Source: Ranitomeya imitator (taxonomy: Eukaryota). From it: 64,000 bases of DNA. The notes below the pieces were generated by a model. That model was not told the DNA's origin. It searched no databases and saw only the letters and a list, made by a program, of their open reading frames with translations. This document shows, piece after piece, positions 60,677 to 64,000 of the stretch. The stretch is from assembly GCF_032444005.1 (NCBI RefSeq), contig NC_091283.1, positions 67,270,001 through 67,334,000 on the forward strand, read 5' to 3'. The position numbers were made by a program, and so were the translations under genes. Positions within the stretch are counted from its first letter, which is position 1. Each line of letters begins with the position of its first letter.

Positions 60677-63535
60677 TCACAAGTTAGCTGGTACGAAAGT
60701 CTTGCCCGGGGGCACAGACTCTGGCGAAACCGGAGTTACAGTTCTCAGGCTCTCAGAAGGGACAATAAGCCGAGGCTCCTCCTCCTCCGATGACACCACG
60801 GAGCGGGAGAGAGCGTCAGCACGAACGTTCTTCTCCCCGGAGAGGAAATGGAGAGTAAAATGGAACCGGGAGAAGAACAGGGACCATTTAGCCTGGCGAG
60901 AATTCAGCCGCTGGGCCGTTTGCAGATACACCAAGTTCTTGTGGTCAGTGAAGACTTGGAAGGGAAAGCGAGCTCCCTCCAAGAGATGTCTCCACTCCGA
61001 AAAAGCCAACTTCATGGCCAGCAACTCCCTGTCCCCGATGGAATAATTCCTCTCCGCTGGTGTGAAGGTCTTGGAGAAGAAGAAGCAAGGATGCTTCCGA
61101 CCTTGAGCATCCTTTTGGAAAAGGACTGCTCCAGCACCAACGGATGAGGCATCCACCTCCAAGATAAATGGCTTATCAACATCGGGGCGATGTAGGATGG
61201 GAGCGCTAGCGAAGTGTGACTTGATCGAGAGAAAGGCTTTGGAGACCTCCTCTGACCACAACTTGGGATTTGCTCCCTTCTTGGTGAGGGCAACCAAGGG
61301 AGCTACCAAAGTTGAGAAGTGTGGAATGAACTGGCGATAGTAATTAATGAACTCCATAAAGCGCTGCACTGCTTTAAGAGAATGGGATTCCTGCCAGTCC
61401 ATTACAGCCTGTAGCTTGGCAGGATCCATAGCCAAACCCTGGGCAGAGATGATATAACCAAGGAAAGGCAAGGACTCCTGCTCAAACACACACTTCTCCA
61501 ACTTGGCGTAGAGGGAGTTTGCCCGTAAGAGGTCGAAGACTTTGCGAACATCTCTCCGATGGGAGTCAATATCTGGAGAGAAGATGAGAATATCATCCAG
61601 ATAGACTACGACCGAGGTGTTGAGCATATCCCGGAAGATGTCGTTCACAAAGTCTTGGAAAACGGCTGGGGCATTACAGAGCCCGAAGGGCATCACCAGA
61701 TATTCATAGTGCCCATCCCTGGTGTTAAAAGCCGTCTTCCATTCATCCCCCTCACGGATGCGAATCAGGTTGTAAGCACCCAGCAGATCTAACTTTGTAA
61801 ATACCCTCGTTCCCCATAGCCAATCAAACAGCTCAGATATCAGGGGTAGTGGGTACTTGTTCTTAACGGTGATGGCGTTAAGACCCCTGTAGTCTATGCA
61901 TGGACGTAAGTCTCCAGTTTTCTTCTGTACGAAGAAGAACCCTGCCCCTGCCGGTGACACTGACTTCCTAATGACTCCTCTTGCCAGATTCTCTTGGATG
62001 TACTGGGACATTGCCTCCGTCTCCGGGAGAGATAACGGATAGACTCGACCCCGGGGAGGCTCAGCACCAGGCAAGAGGTCAATAGGACAGTCATAGGGGC
62101 GGTGAGGCGGAAGGGTCTCCGCAGCTCTTTTGGAGAACACGTCTGCATAGGGCCAATAGTGCTTGGGGAGAGAGGAAAGATCTGCGGGTACCTGTGTAGT
62201 AGCAACCTGAACGCACTCCCTCAGACATCTACCCTCGCAGGATTTACTCCATCCCAAAATTCTCCCAGAGGACCACTCAATATGAGAAGAATGGTAGCGA
62301 AGCCATGGTATCCCCAACAGGACCTCATCAATTCCCTCAGGAATGACTAATAGGGAGATTATCTCCTGATGTGATGGAGACACAGATAGCGTGAAAGGAA
62401 TGGTTTGGTGGGTAATCTGTGAAGGTAGTGTTGACCCATTTACCACTCGAACAGTTACTGGCTTGGCGAGCATCACCAAGGGTATTGCGTGACGCTGGGC
62501 AAAAGCGGAAGACATAAAGTTACCCTCTGCCCCAGAATCCACGCATAGCTCGACCATAAGAGTGGATGGGCCTATGGTAATTGTCCCCTTGAAGGACAAC
62601 TTTGAGGCAAACGTTGCCGTGTCTAGTGTACCTCCTCCAACTGCCACTAGACGCTGACGTTTCCCCGACCGCTGAGGACCCTTGGAGGCAAGGTGTCCTG
62701 ACTGCTGGCAAACATGATGGACCTTATGTGCACGGGCAGACTGAGACTTGGATCCCACTCGTGTCACCTCTAAGGCCTCATGTGACTCGGATGCCTGGAC
62801 TGGAGATTCCAAAGGTTTGGCGAAGGTGGGAGCCAGCCGAAACCTCTGCCTACACTGGGCTCGCTCCAACCTCCGCTCGTTAAAACGGAGGTCAATACGA
62901 GTAGAGACAGTTATTAACTCCTCCAGTGTGGCAGGAAACTCCCTAGTGGCCAGAGCGTCCTTAATGTGGTCAGCCACGCCCCTCCAAAATATGGGGATAA
63001 GGGCTTTATCCGACCACTCCAGCTCGGAAGCTAAAGTACGGAAGCGGACGGAAAAATGGCTGACCAAGGACTCACCCTGAGTTAATGCCAGTAGTTGGAG
63101 CGCTGTGTCATGGGTGACTTGAGGTCCTAAAAAGACCTTTTTCAGAGTGCTCAGGAACAACGGAGCACTCTGCACCACATGATCACCACGCTCCCACAGC
63201 GGCGTAGCCCACTCCAACGCCCTGTCCGACAAAAGAGACACAATAAATCCCACCTTAGCCCGCTCTGTAGGAAAACGTGGAGCCAGGAGCTCGAGGTGAA
63301 TAGAGCACTGACTCACGAATCCCCTACAAGTTTTGCTATTTCCAGAAAATTTTTCTGGCAGCGGGAGGCGAGATAACGTCGGAACAGGGGTGGCAGTGGA
63401 CAAGGTTGCTGCAGCCACGCTAGCAGCCTGTACAGCAACTGCGGTAACATCCACAGCTGAGGTTGAGCTCTCGAGAGCCGCCAACCTACCCTCCAGCTGC
63501 TGGATATACCGCAAAGATTGCTGAATGTCCGCCAT
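60677..63535 (-). pseudogene. gag-pol: Gag-Pol fused in one frame (Gag, PR, RT, RNase H), ending in a frameshift
   Basis: 952 aa with CVDSGA, YLDD, LEVDAS and TDHKNL. The CCHC knuckle is eroded (HHVCQQSGHLASKG). Frameshift near 60660. Confidence 0.92.
62621..62666 (-). promoter_or_regulatory. -1 ribosomal frameshift-type signal (slippery run plus stem-loop)
   Basis: Minus strand: GGGGAAAC, 6-nt spacer, GUCUAGUG, 16-nt loop, CACUAGAC (perfect 8-bp stem). Confidence 0.7.
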
Positions 63536-63552
63536 TTACTAGCCAGACCCTG

Positions 63553-63563
63553 GCGCTAGTATT
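63553..63563 (-). promoter_or_regulatory. Non-tRNA self-priming-type PBS of family 2
   Basis: Minus-strand AATACTAGCGC lies 1 nt inside the 5' LTR and is complementary to GCGCTAGTATT (minus strand 58928-58918), ~30 nt downstream of TATATAAA. Confidence 0.8.
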
Positions 63564-63973
63564 CTGTTAGGGCTAGCGGAACGCACCGAGTAAATAGAGA
63601 TGTTTATTGATAATGGTGCGTTCGCAGCCCGGGGTCCACCGTGCAGGAGTACCTGCTGCTAGCAAACGGCGAAGCTATATGGCGGTATAGACTAACTCAG
63701 TTAATTCACTGAGTAGCCGTGAAAGGAAAGCACTGTGCCCTGTTAGACTCCACAGAGGCACAGGCTAATTGCCCAAACAGAGAGCAGTCAGTGGTCACAC
63801 AAACACACAAAACTCCTCGCCACAGGAGCCAGCATTCTAAGGGCTTATTTCAGCCGGGTCTCTGAATACACTCAGACTCAATCTCCTCGCCGGAGCAGCC
63901 AGCATTCTAGGGGCTTATTTCAGCCGGGTCCCTGAATACACTCAGACTCAATCTCCTCGCCGGAGCAGCCAGC

Positions 63974-64000
63974 TGTTGTGAATTCTGTGGCTGAGTTCAC
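63974..64000 (+). mobile_element. Start of a family 0-like LTR nested in the family 2 5' LTR
   Basis: TGTTGTGAATTCTGTGGC matches the U3 terminus of the 17391-23193 element (reverse complement of ...GCCACAGAATTCACAACA). Only 27 bp visible. Confidence 0.75.

Larger units (their letters stand above)
58500..64000 (-). mobile_element. Ty3/Gypsy chromovirus, family 2 (sister of family 1); 5' LTR runs off the window
   Basis: 3' LTR at 58500-59400 (901 bp). PPT beside 59401. 5' LTR starts at 63565 and is interrupted at 63974. TSD cannot be checked. Confidence 0.96.

Overview
This window is not prokaryotic. It is AT-rich, repeat-dominated vertebrate DNA; the transposon families look like those of a frog (inference). 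I find no supportable host gene, rRNA, tRNA or CRISPR array. It is a nested collection of transposable elements. (1) Three near-complete minus-strand Ty3/Gypsy chromoviruses of the Tf1/sushi type lie at 17391-23193, 44222-50313 and 58500 to beyond 64000. There are also a solo LTR, a partial LTR, a decayed fourth element and the start of a nested LTR at the window edge. (2) Five non-autonomous Helitrons of two families have clear TC/hairpin-CTAG ends, four of them in head-to-tail pairs, and a sixth short copy lacks its 3' end. (3) Penelope-like element (PLE) remnants include one RT-GIY-YIG ORF and seven hammerhead-like motifs. (4) Tc1 and hAT transposons and MITEs are present. (5) Three non-coding insertions are flanked by target-site duplications (TSDs) and carry a 5' inversion; two of them also have a partial tandem structure. 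The strongest signals are these. All three LTR families lack a tRNA primer-binding site (PBS) and instead carry an 11-nt PBS complementary to their own predicted transcript 5' end, with compensatory changes between families (Tf1-style self-priming). One copy has a G-GGA-AAC frameshift site plus stem that is hard-wired in frame by an extra G, while its sister copy has deleted that cassette. Helitrons appear to insert at the 5' ends of other Helitrons. Most short ORFs in the supplied track are artefacts of repeats.
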